From the IMG/VR virus record IMGVR_UViG_3300032250_000269, positions 1 through 25,068 of that record: a stretch of DNA of 25,068 bases; one strand, 5' to 3'. The stretch's first letter is position 1, and each line of letters starts with the position of its first letter. The notes under the pieces were generated by a model that was not told the origin of the DNA, made no database searches, and worked only from the letters and a program-made list of their open reading frames with translations. The translations under genes were made by a program, and so were the position numbers. The stretch comes from a virus (Duplodnaviria > Heunggongvirae > Uroviricota > Caudoviricetes). Positions 1 to 8,903 of this stretch are shown here, in pieces.

Positions 1-1
1 A

Positions 2-76
2 GATTGTGAAAATTTTGAGAAAGCAGTGTTGGTAAAAAATAAATTTGATGAAGAAATCACTAGAAGAGGTTTATAA
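2..76 (+). CDS. 3' end of an upstream ORF (partial), possibly the AP2-like C-terminus of a homing endonuclease
   Basis: Frame 2 reads DCENFEKAVLVKNKFDEEITRRGL* with TAA at 74-76. Loosely resembles the C-terminal helix of the HNH-AP2 proteins at 5354 and 6656; too short to be sure. Confidence 0.4.
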   Translation, partial: DCENFEKAVLVKNKFDEEITRRGL

Positions 77-85
77 TTTTTTTGC

Positions 86-114
86 TTTACATTTTTCACC
101 ATGCCATCTAGTAT
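86..114 (+). promoter_or_regulatory. Sigma70-type (early-like) promoter for the gp43 C-terminal ORF
   Basis: TTTACA (86-91), 17 nt, TAGTAT (109-114), intergenic; RBS GAGGA at 126-130 precedes ATG 139. Confidence 0.55.
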
Positions 115-138
115 AATTACCAATAGAGGATTTTCACA

Positions 139-1911
139 ATGAACATCGAAGATTTATATTATATGGACCTAACAAAATTATCTGATGATGAATTGTTGGA
201 TTTATCAAAAAATGTTAATATTAAAGCAAATTCAGAATGTCATCAAGCCGGAATGGAATACAACATTCATGACGTTGACTTGATCGATATGCTTGAAGCT
301 AAGTTGAAGCTAATTGAAATGGTGTTCGCCATTGCATATGATGCTAAGGTTAACTTCGAAGACGCATTGACTTCAGTGCTTCTATGGGATGTTATCATTC
401 ATAACTATCTGTTGTCTTTCAACACTGTTGTGAAGCCACAGGAAAATAACATACCAGAACATGCTATTGTTGGTGGCTATGTGAAAGACCCGCATGTTGG
501 TTTAACCAAATGGCCAGTATCGTTCGATCTTACCTCACTATACCCACACTTGATGATTCAATATCAAATATCACCAGAAAATTATGTTAAAAAGATGGAG
601 TTTGATATCGATGAATTCCTCGCTATCTATGATGCTGGCTTCCTAGACAGCACTGATGAGCGTTTGAGGAATACTCATACATTCAAATCTTTGCAGTACG
701 CCCACGAACACAATCTATCATTGACTGCAAACGGGGGTCTTTATAGAAGAGAAGATGGGTTTCTTCCAAATCTTATGGATAGGATGTTTAAAGAAAGAAA
801 TGAATATAAAAACCTGATGATGGATGCTAAGAAGGAGTACGCACAAACAAAAGCACCTGAACTTCTAAATACCATTTCAAAGTATAACAACCTTCAGCAA
901 ACCCGTAAGGTCAATCTGAACTCTGCTTACGGATCACTAGCTAACAAGTACTTCCGCTGGTTTAGTACTGCTGTTGCTGAATCTATTACTACTTCTGGTC
1001 AGCTATCAATTCGCTGGATTGAAATGAAGCTTAATCGTTATCTTAACAAGCTGCTTGGCACGACTGATATTGATTATGTTGTTGCAATTGACACGGATTC
1101 GGTGTATATTCGCCTTGATTGTGTTGTAGAAAAGTTCTTCCCCGGTAAGGACACAAAGAAGACTGTTGCTCTTCTGGATAAAATTTGTCAAGAAAAGCTA
1201 CAGCCATTCATTACCAAATCATATGAAGAACTTGCAACTCTTATGAATGCACGTGAGAACAAGATGTTCATGAAGCGTGAGAATATTGCTAATAAGGCAA
1301 TATGGATCGCTAAGAAGCGTTATATCATGAACGTGTATGATAGTGAAGGTGTATCATACGAAGAACCAGAACTCAAGATGATGGGCATTGAAGCTATTCG
1401 TTCTTCGACGCCCGGTATTGTTCGTTCTGCTATTAAAAATTCTCTCAGTATTATTATGAATGAAGATGAAAAAACTCTTCAGCAATACGTGATCGACTTT
1501 GAAAAACAATTCTTTGCAAGTCCATTTGAATTGGTTGCCTTCCCTCGTGGTGTCAGTGACCTAGAAAAATATGCTGACAAGGAAAAAATATTTGGATTTA
1601 AGACGCCTGTACACGTAAAAGGTTCACTTTTTTTCAATTATTTGCTAGAAAAAATGAAACTAAATGATAAATATGAGAGGATTTCTAGTGGTGATAAGAT
1701 CAAGTTCTGTTACCTCAAAGAACCCAATATATATCGAACACCAGTAATTTCTTGTGGTCCGGTAATACCAGAAGAACTTGACTTGAAGCGTCATATCGAT
1801 TACCATACACAATTCGAGAAGGCATACTTATCGCCATTGTCGAATATCACAGATGCTATTGGATGGCAGCTTGTTGATAGACCTTCTCTTATGAATTTCT
1901 TTGAGGATTAA
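139..1911 (+). CDS. 43: Family B DNA polymerase (T4 gp43-like), C-terminal part: ExoIII, palm, fingers, thumb
   Basis: ExoIII-like YNIHDV; motif A SFDLTSLYP; motif B KVNLNSAYG; motif C AIDTDSVY; KKRY; clamp-binding-like tail SLMNFF. ExoI/ExoII and the N-terminal domain are absent. In-frame TAG at 124-126 and its own RBS. Confidence 0.95.
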   Translation: MNIEDLYYMDLTKLSDDELLDLSKNVNIKANSECHQAGMEYNIHDVDLIDMLEAKLKLIEMVFAIAYDAKVNFEDALTSVLLWDVIIHNYLLSFNTVVKPQENNIPEHAIVGGYVKDPHVGLTKWPVSFDLTSLYPHLMIQYQISPENYVKKMEFDIDEFLAIYDAGFLDSTDERLRNTHTFKSLQYAHEHNLSLTANGGLYRREDGFLPNLMDRMFKERNEYKNLMMDAKKEYAQTKAPELLNTISKYNNLQQTRKVNLNSAYGSLANKYFRWFSTAVAESITTSGQLSIRWIEMKLNRYLNKLLGTTDIDYVVAIDTDSVYIRLDCVVEKFFPGKDTKKTVALLDKICQEKLQPFITKSYEELATLMNARENKMFMKRENIANKAIWIAKKRYIMNVYDSEGVSYEEPELKMMGIEAIRSSTPGIVRSAIKNSLSIIMNEDEKTLQQYVIDFEKQFFASPFELVAFPRGVSDLEKYADKEKIFGFKTPVHVKGSLFFNYLLEKMKLNDKYERISSGDKIKFCYLKEPNIYRTPVISCGPVIPEELDLKRHIDYHTQFEKAYLSPLSNITDAIGWQLVDRPSLMNFFED

Positions 1912-1912
1912 A

Positions 1913-2176
1913 ATGAAAAATTTGGAACTAGATGATGAGTTTGATTTTGGGTTCTCTTCAATTAGTGAAGGCGACTTCATTGATAGAGAGAATAAGGCAG
2001 TAGCTAGTGCCGTTGAAGGTGTCCAAAGTAAAGTTGAGCAAATGTATAGTTTAATACTACCGTTACTCAACAATCTGGCTAAGGATGGAGACACAAATGC
2101 CTATATCCATTGGCCAAATCGTGTTGATAAGATTGAGCAGTTTAAAAACAAATTGCTTGATATTGTGAATAGCTAA
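1913..2176 (+). CDS. Small hypothetical protein between gp43 and uvsX
   Basis: ATG 1913 follows GAGGA (1903-1907), a better start than TTG 1901. FDFGFS and YIHWPNR pattern recalled from T4-like phage hypotheticals. Confidence 0.75.
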   Translation: MKNLELDDEFDFGFSSISEGDFIDRENKAVASAVEGVQSKVEQMYSLILPLLNNLAKDGDTNAYIHWPNRVDKIEQFKNKLLDIVNS

Positions 2177-2247
2177 AAAACATACGTAAAAAATAAGCAA
2201 AGATCAGAACATTATTCCCAAAAGGGATCATATAAAGGAAAAAATAT

Positions 2248-3348
2248 ATGTCATTACTCGATAAACTAAAAAAATCATCAACAATCAAGGACAGTTCTGT
2301 CCTATCAAAGTCAAAGTTCTTCACAAAGAAGGACATGATTCCAACACCAATTCCAGCAATCAACATTGCACTATCTGGTAGTCTAGACGGCGGTCTAACT
2401 CCCGGTCTTACCATGTGGGCTGGTCCATCAAAGCACTTTAAGACAGCATTCTCGCTTCTTATGGCGAAGTCCTATATGGACAAGTATCCTGAATCTGTGC
2501 TACTATTTTATGATAGTGAGTTTGGTACTCCACAAGCATACTTTGAATCTTTCGGTATTGATATGGATCGTGTTCTACACACACCAATCACCGATATTGA
2601 ACTATTAAAGTTTGATTGTATGAAGCAGATCGAAGCAATTGAACGTGATGAGCGTGTTATCATCATCATCGATTCTATCGGCAATCTTGCCTCAAAGAAA
2701 GAAGTTGAAGACGCACTTGACGGTAAGTCAACAACAGACATGACACGTGCTAAGCAACTAAAGTCATTCTTTCGTATGATCACACCACACCTCACAATCA
2801 AGGATATTCCTATGATTGCGGTTAACCATACCTATAAGACACTTGAACTTTATGCCAAGGATGTTGTAGGTGGTGGTACTGGTTCGTACTACTCTGCCGA
2901 TAACATTTTCATCATTGGTCGCCAACAGGAAAAGGACAACAAGAAAGACCTTGTTGGATATAACTTCATCATTAACGTAGAGAAGAGCCGCTATGTGCGT
3001 GAGAAGTCAAAGATTCCTGTTACCGTTCTTCATGAAGGGGGTATTTCAAAGTGGTCAGGTCTTCTTGACATTGCAGAAGAATCTGGTCATATCGTAAAGA
3101 CTAAGATTGGCAACAGCACTGCTTATGCCAAGGTTGATATGAAGACAGGCGAAGTTGACGAGGAAAATAAGGTCAAGGCTGATGATACTAACACATCTGC
3201 TTTCTGGCTTCCTATTCTAAAGGATCAGAGTTTCCGTGACTTCGTTGAAAAGAAGTTTAGTGTTGCTCATGGTGATATCATTCAAGAAGAAGATGATGTT
3301 ATTTCTGTGATCGATAGTATTGAAGATGAAGAAGAAGTCATTTCATAA
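2248..3348 (+). CDS. uvsX: RecA-like recombinase UvsX
   Basis: Walker A GPSKHFKT, FYDSEFG, Walker B IIIIDSIGNL, DMTRAK, GGTG, NVEKSR, acidic tail. Confidence 0.96.
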   Translation: MSLLDKLKKSSTIKDSSVLSKSKFFTKKDMIPTPIPAINIALSGSLDGGLTPGLTMWAGPSKHFKTAFSLLMAKSYMDKYPESVLLFYDSEFGTPQAYFESFGIDMDRVLHTPITDIELLKFDCMKQIEAIERDERVIIIIDSIGNLASKKEVEDALDGKSTTDMTRAKQLKSFFRMITPHLTIKDIPMIAVNHTYKTLELYAKDVVGGGTGSYYSADNIFIIGRQQEKDNKKDLVGYNFIINVEKSRYVREKSKIPVTVLHEGGISKWSGLLDIAEESGHIVKTKIGNSTAYAKVDMKTGEVDEENKVKADDTNTSAFWLPILKDQSFRDFVEKKFSVAHGDIIQEEDDVISVIDSIEDEEEVIS

Positions 3349-3363
3349 TAATGATTGACTAAA

Positions 3364-3395
3364 ACGACAGGTGTTGGTAAAACAGCACCTGTCGT
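3364..3395 (+). other. Intergenic hairpin between uvsX and gene 41
   Basis: ACGACAGGTG-TTG / CAG-CACCTGTCGT, 13 bp stem with one G-U pair, GTAAAA loop; no U-tract. Confidence 0.6.
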
Positions 3396-3430
3396 GCCTT
3401 CCATATTCAACAATACTATAAGGAACTTTA

Positions 3431-4813
3431 ATGTCGCTTGAGAATGTAATTTTCAATAACCTAATTAATAACGAAGATTATGGTCGTAAGGTTATTCCCT
3501 TTCTTAAATCAGAATATTTTCAATCAAAGACCGATCAGGTTATCTTTGAATTGATCAACAATTATGTCTCGTCTTACAATGCATTTCCAACCAAAGAAGT
3601 ATTGAAGATCGATCTGTCCAACTATGTTGGTATTTCAGATGAACAGTTTGTTGACTGTAAGAATATTATTGATAAAATTCCCGACCAATCAGATACACTT
3701 TCAAGGATTGAATGGCTTGTCGATCAGACAGAAGCTTTCTGTCAAGAGAAGGCTATATTTAATGCAATCACAAAGTCTATTGAAATTATTGGCGATTCTT
3801 CAGGACAACTATCAAAGGGTTCTATTCCAAGTCTATTGACAGACGCTCTCGCAGTATCTTTTGATACTTCTATTGGTCATGACTTCTTAACAGACACAGA
3901 TTCTCGTTTTGAATTCTATCATCGTAAAGAAGAGCGTATTGCTTTTGACATAGAATATCTCAACAAGATAACTAAGGGTGGTCTTCCTCGTAAGACACTC
4001 AACGTTATTCTTGCTGGTACTGGTGTTGGTAAGTCATTGGCTATGTGTCATATGGCTTCTGCTAATCTTTTGGACGGTAAGAACGTCCTCTACATCACCA
4101 TGGAAATGGCTGAAGAAAAGATTGCAGAGCGTATCGATGCTAATCTTTTGAATATACCACTAGACCAGTTATACGATATTCCAAAGGATTTATATGATAA
4201 AAAGATTAATCGTATTCGTGAGAAGACAGTTGGAAAACTTATCATTAAGGAATATCCAACTGCTTGTGCTGGTTCTGCGAATTTCCGTCATCTTCTAAAT
4301 GAACTAAAGATAAAAAGAAATTTTGTACCAGACATTATCTATATCGACTATCTCAATATTTGTAGCTCTTCACGTATACGTCAAGGCGCTGGTGTAAACT
4401 CATATACCTACGTTAAGGCTATTGCTGAAGAACTTCGTGGTCTAGCAGTTGAATTTAATGTTCCTATCGTGACAGCTACACAGACAACTCGTGGTGGATA
4501 TGACAACAGCGATGTTGGTCTAACTGATACCTCAGAATCATTTGGTCTTCCTGCAACGGCAGACCTTATGTTTGCTTTGATTTCAACAGACGAACTTAAA
4601 CAGTTGAACCAGATTATGGTAAAGCAGTTGAAAAATCGTTATGCCGATCCTGAAATGTACAAGCGTTTCGTTATTGGTGTTGACAAGTCACGAATGAAGC
4701 TGTATGACGCAGAACAGTCAGCACAAGACGATCTTGTAAATGATGCAGTTGCTCCTGATACAGCTTTTGGACAAAGAGCAAGTAAGAAGCCATCCTTTGA
4801 TGATTTTAAGTAA
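3431..4813 (+). CDS. 41: Replicative DnaB-like helicase gp41
   Basis: Walker A AGTGVGKS, YITMEMAEE, Walker B IYIDYLNI, TATQTTR, SESFGLPATAD, KQLKNRY. Confidence 0.97.
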   Translation: MSLENVIFNNLINNEDYGRKVIPFLKSEYFQSKTDQVIFELINNYVSSYNAFPTKEVLKIDLSNYVGISDEQFVDCKNIIDKIPDQSDTLSRIEWLVDQTEAFCQEKAIFNAITKSIEIIGDSSGQLSKGSIPSLLTDALAVSFDTSIGHDFLTDTDSRFEFYHRKEERIAFDIEYLNKITKGGLPRKTLNVILAGTGVGKSLAMCHMASANLLDGKNVLYITMEMAEEKIAERIDANLLNIPLDQLYDIPKDLYDKKINRIREKTVGKLIIKEYPTACAGSANFRHLLNELKIKRNFVPDIIYIDYLNICSSSRIRQGAGVNSYTYVKAIAEELRGLAVEFNVPIVTATQTTRGGYDNSDVGLTDTSESFGLPATADLMFALISTDELKQLNQIMVKQLKNRYADPEMYKRFVIGVDKSRMKLYDAEQSAQDDLVNDAVAPDTAFGQRASKKPSFDDFK

Positions 4814-4824
4814 GGAGTGAACGT

Positions 4825-5043
4825 ATGAATTACAAGCTAGTCGATAATGCTGATCCAATGTTTGAGGGTGATTTTATGTATTCCACCTCAGACTTAATTG
4901 AAGTCAATACCGGTCTTACAATTAAAACTACCATGAAAAAGGAAGAAGGTAGAAGTCTTCTACGTCACCTCAATATGGGAGGCGGTTTTGATGGTTTTAC
5001 CCCTGCATTTTTTTGCCAATCTCTGAAACTAAAGGAAATATAA
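4825..5043 (+). CDS. Small hypothetical protein
   Basis: RBS AGGAG upstream; LNMGGGFDGFTPAFF motif recalled from T4-like phage hypotheticals; stop overlaps the next ATG. Confidence 0.75.
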   Translation: MNYKLVDNADPMFEGDFMYSTSDLIEVNTGLTIKTTMKKEEGRSLLRHLNMGGGFDGFTPAFFCQSLKLKEI

Positions 5044-5330
5044 TGTTTATTGAAACCCCCATCAAAAATGGTGATACTGTAACGCTAAAGCTTATCTCTG
5101 GTGAGGAAGTTGTTGGTCGCCTCTCTGATACCACTGAATCTTATTTTACTCTGTCTAAGCCTATGACATTTATTATGGGTCCACAAGGTTTTGGTATGGT
5201 GCCTTATATGTTCTCTGCTCCACAAGATGCAAAGATCAAGATCAAGGAAAGCTCTGTTGTTGCAGTGGCCAAGACTGACGAACAAATTAACAAGCAGTAT
5301 CTTTCGCAGACTAGTAATTTACTTGTGTAA
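5043..5330 (+). CDS. Small beta-barrel protein, possibly Sm-like fold
   Basis: ATG 5043 overlaps the upstream TAA, RBS AAGGA. Pattern VTLKLISGEEVVGRL...LSKP resembles Sm1-type motifs. Confidence 0.6.
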   Translation: MFIETPIKNGDTVTLKLISGEEVVGRLSDTTESYFTLSKPMTFIMGPQGFGMVPYMFSAPQDAKIKIKESSVVAVAKTDEQINKQYLSQTSNLLV

Positions 5331-5353
5331 ATTAAAATAAAGGAATAGTAAAA

Positions 5354-5917
5354 ATGAATTATAGAAATGATCTAACAGCAGAATATGTTAAAGAATGTTT
5401 GGAATATAATCCTGAAACGGGATTGCTCAAGTGGAAAGAAAGACCATTAGAACATTTTAAAAGTGAGAATGATTGTAAGAGATGGAATTCAAAGTATGCA
5501 AATAAAAAAGCTGGAACGTTATCTTCTTCTGGATATATTGATATAAAAATTAGTAGTGTAATTTATCGAGCACATCGAATTGCGTGGTTAATTTTTTATG
5601 GGAAATGGCCAAAAGATCAAATTGATCATAATGATGGTGAACGCTCTAACAATAAAATTGACAATCTAAGTGATGTGCCAAACTCTATAAATGGAAAAAA
5701 TCAAGCAATTAGAATTGATAACAATACTGGTCATGTGGGAGTTAAAAAAACAATACATGCTACATGGAGAGCATCTATTATGGTTGACGGAATTGCATAT
5801 GATCTTGGAACACATAAAAATATAGAAGAAGCAATAAAAGCACGTAAAGAAGCTGAAATAAAGCATAATTTTCATGCTAATCACGGTAGAAAATCATCGA
5901 CTAAAAAAGCTGCTTGA
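5354..5917 (+). CDS. Free-standing HNH homing endonuclease with C-terminal AP2-like DNA-binding domain
   Basis: YRAHRIAW; QIDHNDGERSNNKIDNL (HNH); NTGHVGV...WRASI...LGTHKNIEEAIKARKEAE (AP2-like). Confidence 0.9.
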   Translation: MNYRNDLTAEYVKECLEYNPETGLLKWKERPLEHFKSENDCKRWNSKYANKKAGTLSSSGYIDIKISSVIYRAHRIAWLIFYGKWPKDQIDHNDGERSNNKIDNLSDVPNSINGKNQAIRIDNNTGHVGVKKTIHATWRASIMVDGIAYDLGTHKNIEEAIKARKEAEIKHNFHANHGRKSSTKKAA

Positions 5918-5929
5918 GATAAAAAACTA

Positions 5930-5958
5930 TTGACAGTTCCTTTCGAATCACCTATAGC
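5930..5958 (+). promoter_or_regulatory. Sigma70-type (early-like) promoter
   Basis: TTGACA (5930-5935), 17 nt, TATAGC (5953-5958), just after the HNH stop; RBS AAAGGAA and ATG 5987 follow. Confidence 0.7.
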
Positions 5959-5986
5959 GGGTTCAACAAAACGAAAGGAACTGTCA

Positions 5987-6265
5987 ATGACCATTGAAAT
6001 TTACACTTCGGATTGCTCTTTTGTTAAGTCGAACAAGGCACTTTATGTTTCAGCACAAATGGAATGTCTTGGTATTTCTGGGCGGGGTTATCCTAAGCAG
6101 CTTTTTGTTACTTCTGATGACACTGGACGTTCTGTAAAGTTCGTTGCTATTAAAGAGGGTCATCCTCATTTTAATCATGACTTTTGGGATGGTGAGATGG
6201 CTATTTACGAGCCTGTTATCGCTCTTCCTAAAGTTGACATTCTGGTTATTAGTTATGGCATGTGA
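5987..6265 (+). CDS. Hypothetical protein (92 aa)
   Basis: ATG 5987 with AAGGAA RBS; the ORF-track TTG 5930 start coincides with the -35 box. Confidence 0.65.
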   Translation: MTIEIYTSDCSFVKSNKALYVSAQMECLGISGRGYPKQLFVTSDDTGRSVKFVAIKEGHPHFNHDFWDGEMAIYEPVIALPKVDILVISYGM

Positions 6266-6659
6266 GAAGTATTTTAAGATACTTCAGAAAGTAGCTGAAG
6301 CCGTAGAGCCTGTTTCTAGACAGAGACTTTCGGCATGTTTAGTCTACAAGAACGAAATTATTGGGATGGGCTTCAATAAAAAGAAGTCCCATCCCTTTCA
6401 GCGTAAATTCTCCAAGCACGAAGAAGCAATCTATCTCCATGCTGAAATTGACGCAATTAAGAATGCATTGAAGAATGTAGATGCTGAGACTATCAGCAAA
6501 AGCACCCTGTACATCATGCGAGTAAAATATGAAGACATGAACGCCAAACGGTTTGTTCGTGGTCTTTCTAAACCTTGTGAGGGATGTGCACGAGCAATCG
6601 CACAATTTGGAATTAAAAAAGTTTACTATACAACAGAAGAAGGATTTGATTATCTATGA
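6255..6659 (+). CDS. Zn-dependent cytidine/dCMP deaminase-superfamily protein
   Basis: LHAEIDAI and SKPCEGC motifs, C-terminal GIKKVYYT. Start at MACEKYF; the upstream in-frame extension is an overlap with the previous gene. Confidence 0.85.
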   Translation: MACEKYFKILQKVAEAVEPVSRQRLSACLVYKNEIIGMGFNKKKSHPFQRKFSKHEEAIYLHAEIDAIKNALKNVDAETISKSTLYIMRVKYEDMNAKRFVRGLSKPCEGCARAIAQFGIKKVYYTTEEGFDYL

Positions 6660-7291
6660 CACCTAAGAGTAGAAGCATTCCAGTAGAATATATTAAGCAA
6701 TGTTTTGAGTATCGTGAAGAAGAAGTTGATGGAGTTCTTCAAGGAAACGTATATTGGAAATATCGTGAAGATATGCCAAAATGGTGGAATACAAAATTTG
6801 CTGGTAAAAAAGTTGGTAATATAAATGGTAGAGGTTATTATAGTACAATTTTGGTGTATAATGGTTTTAGGTGCTGTTTATCAAATCACATAATTGTATG
6901 GATTATTAATAAGGGATGTTATCCAATCAATGTAATTGATCATATTGACCGTAACAAAATTAATAACCTTATTGTAAATTTAGACGATTGTTTACAAGAA
7001 GATAATGCTAATAATAGAGGCGCAAACTCAAATTCTAGTAGTCATTTTCGTGGAGTTTCTTTTATAACAAGACGAAATAAATGGTATGTGCAAATTGAAG
7101 TGAACGAAAAAGGTATTTTCGGCGGATATTTTGATGATGAAATACAATCAGCATTAAAAGCAAATAAACTTATTATTGAAAACTTTGGACATACTAAAAA
7201 CCTTTATCAAAACGACATAAGTATGGGATACACCAATCCACAATATCCAAACAAGCCTAGAGGATGGGTTCCAGAAGAGGTAGCATCATGA
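6656..7291 (+). CDS. Free-standing HNH homing endonuclease with AP2-like domain
   Basis: VIDHIDRNKINNLIVNL (HNH); SSHFRGVSF...KWYVQI...GGYFDDEIQSA (AP2-like); ATGA overlaps at both ends. Confidence 0.88.
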   Translation: MTPKSRSIPVEYIKQCFEYREEEVDGVLQGNVYWKYREDMPKWWNTKFAGKKVGNINGRGYYSTILVYNGFRCCLSNHIIVWIINKGCYPINVIDHIDRNKINNLIVNLDDCLQEDNANNRGANSNSSSHFRGVSFITRRNKWYVQIEVNEKGIFGGYFDDEIQSALKANKLIIENFGHTKNLYQNDISMGYTNPQYPNKPRGWVPEEVAS

Positions 7292-8097
7292 AGAATTTGA
7301 TTATCGGTGGTTACACCAACTATCAATATGACTTGGTTAAGCCATGGGTAAAATCAATTGGTGAAGTGTGTGATCCAGCAACAACCGACAAGGTTATGGT
7401 CGTTGGTAACACAACACAGGAAGCAATTGATGCACTAACCGCTGATAATTGGATTCTTGTACCAATGGCAGAAGGACAACCACATGTGGTTCGCTTCTTC
7501 AGCATCTTTGACTATCTCAAGGACAACTGGCAGAAGTACGAGTATATTGTGACCACTGATGTTCGTGATGTTATCTTTCAGGCTGATCCATTTGAATATC
7601 TGGATGGGGTTGGCGAATATAATCTTGTATGCGGTTCTGAGAGCATTCAGTACAAAAACGAAGCATGGGGCGATGAGAACCTTCTACAGTGCTATGGTCC
7701 ATATATCCATGAACTATATAGGGATAAGGAAATCTACAACGTAGGTGTCCTTGGTGGTCGTTCTGAATACGTCAAAGACCTAGTGTTGAATATCGCCATC
7801 AACTCTATCAATCGTCCTATTCCTATTGTAGATCAAGCTGTCTTCAATATGCTTATCAACACACAGCCATATAAGGACACTGTGTTTTTTGCCAAGCAGG
7901 AAAATGCGTGGGCATGTCAAGCTGGTACTGTTGCTGATCCTAACCATATTGAAAGATTTCGCCCCCATCTACTAGAACCAGAACCTGTCTGGAAGGACGG
8001 TAAAGTCTATACTTGGAATGGTGCTCTCTTTACAATTGTTCATCAATATGATAGAGTTCCTGAATGGAATCAATATATTAAGGAAAAGTATATATGA
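7288..8097 (+). CDS. Putative nucleotide-diphospho-sugar (GT-A-like) transferase
   Basis: DxD-type TTDVRDVIFQADPF, NVGVLGG, DQAVFN, IVHQYDR. ATG 7288 overlaps the upstream TGA. Confidence 0.65.
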   Translation: MKNLIIGGYTNYQYDLVKPWVKSIGEVCDPATTDKVMVVGNTTQEAIDALTADNWILVPMAEGQPHVVRFFSIFDYLKDNWQKYEYIVTTDVRDVIFQADPFEYLDGVGEYNLVCGSESIQYKNEAWGDENLLQCYGPYIHELYRDKEIYNVGVLGGRSEYVKDLVLNIAINSINRPIPIVDQAVFNMLINTQPYKDTVFFAKQENAWACQAGTVADPNHIERFRPHLLEPEPVWKDGKVYTWNGALFTIVHQYDRVPEWNQYIKEKYI

Positions 8098-8897
8098 GTA
8101 ATATTTCAATCGTTACAGCGTTCTATGATATCGGTAGAGGAGATTGGACACCAGATAAAGGATTGCCTTCATATCTTCATAGAACAACCAATGATTATAT
8201 TGAAAGATTTACTCATCTAACAAAACTCGCCAATGAATTGATTGTAGTAACAACCCCAGATATTGGTGTTGTTCTTAAAAATATTCGTAATGATATTAAG
8301 ATTATTGAATATGATCCATTTATTGATTATGCATATGAATTAAATCATATTTCTATGATACAAAATAGTGCTGAGTTCCAGCAATCTATTCGTCCAAGTC
8401 AGATTAAAAATCCAGAGTATTGGAGTTCTAAGTATGTTCTCATCAATATACTTAAGTCCCACTTTGTTAACATGGCAATAGAACGTGGGTTGGTAACAAA
8501 CGATACGGTTTCTTGGCTGGACTTTGGTTATTGTAGAAGTGAGGACACCTTACCTAAAAGTTTAAAATGGTCATATGATTTTGATCCATCAAAAATCCAT
8601 TTGTTTGATTATAAAGACTTACTTCCTAATAAAACAATAAATCAAATAATTTCCACAAATGATGTACATATTCTTGGAGCCAAGATTGTTGCTCATAAAG
8701 ATATGTGGCCTATAATGGAAAATAAGATATTTGAAGTAATGAATCTGTTGTTCACAAACAATCTGATAGATGATGATCAGACACTTTTATTGATGTGTTC
8801 TAGAATGTATCCAAATTTATTTGAACTGCATAGAATACCAGATCATCAAAATGGAAGTGATCCATTCATTATTTTTAAGCAATTTAATAGAGAGTGA
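8094..8897 (+). CDS. HtrL/YibB (WlaTC)-like putative glycosyltransferase
   Basis: N-terminal IVTAFYDIGRGDW, NPEYW, WLDFGY and DDDQ motifs typical of this family. Confidence 0.75.
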   Translation: MSNISIVTAFYDIGRGDWTPDKGLPSYLHRTTNDYIERFTHLTKLANELIVVTTPDIGVVLKNIRNDIKIIEYDPFIDYAYELNHISMIQNSAEFQQSIRPSQIKNPEYWSSKYVLINILKSHFVNMAIERGLVTNDTVSWLDFGYCRSEDTLPKSLKWSYDFDPSKIHLFDYKDLLPNKTINQIISTNDVHILGAKIVAHKDMWPIMENKIFEVMNLLFTNNLIDDDQTLLLMCSRMYPNLFELHRIPDHQNGSDPFIIFKQFNRE

Positions 8898-8903
8898 TAT
8901 ATT

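Noticed and set aside
81-89. MotA-box-like TTTGCTTTA
   Set aside because: No -10 element at the 11-13 nt spacing of T4 middle promoters; a sigma70 -35/-10 pair explains the site.
139-234. Split-intein C-fragment at the gp43 N-terminus (31 aa ending KAN-S)
   Set aside because: Length and the Asn-Ser junction are suggestive, but there is no penultimate His and no convincing block F, and the segment is acidic and helix-like rather than basic and beta-rich. Not fully excluded without the upstream half.
77-250. Group I intron 3' end interrupting gp43
   Set aside because: No recognisable P7/P9 core; the region instead has a promoter, RBS and ATG.
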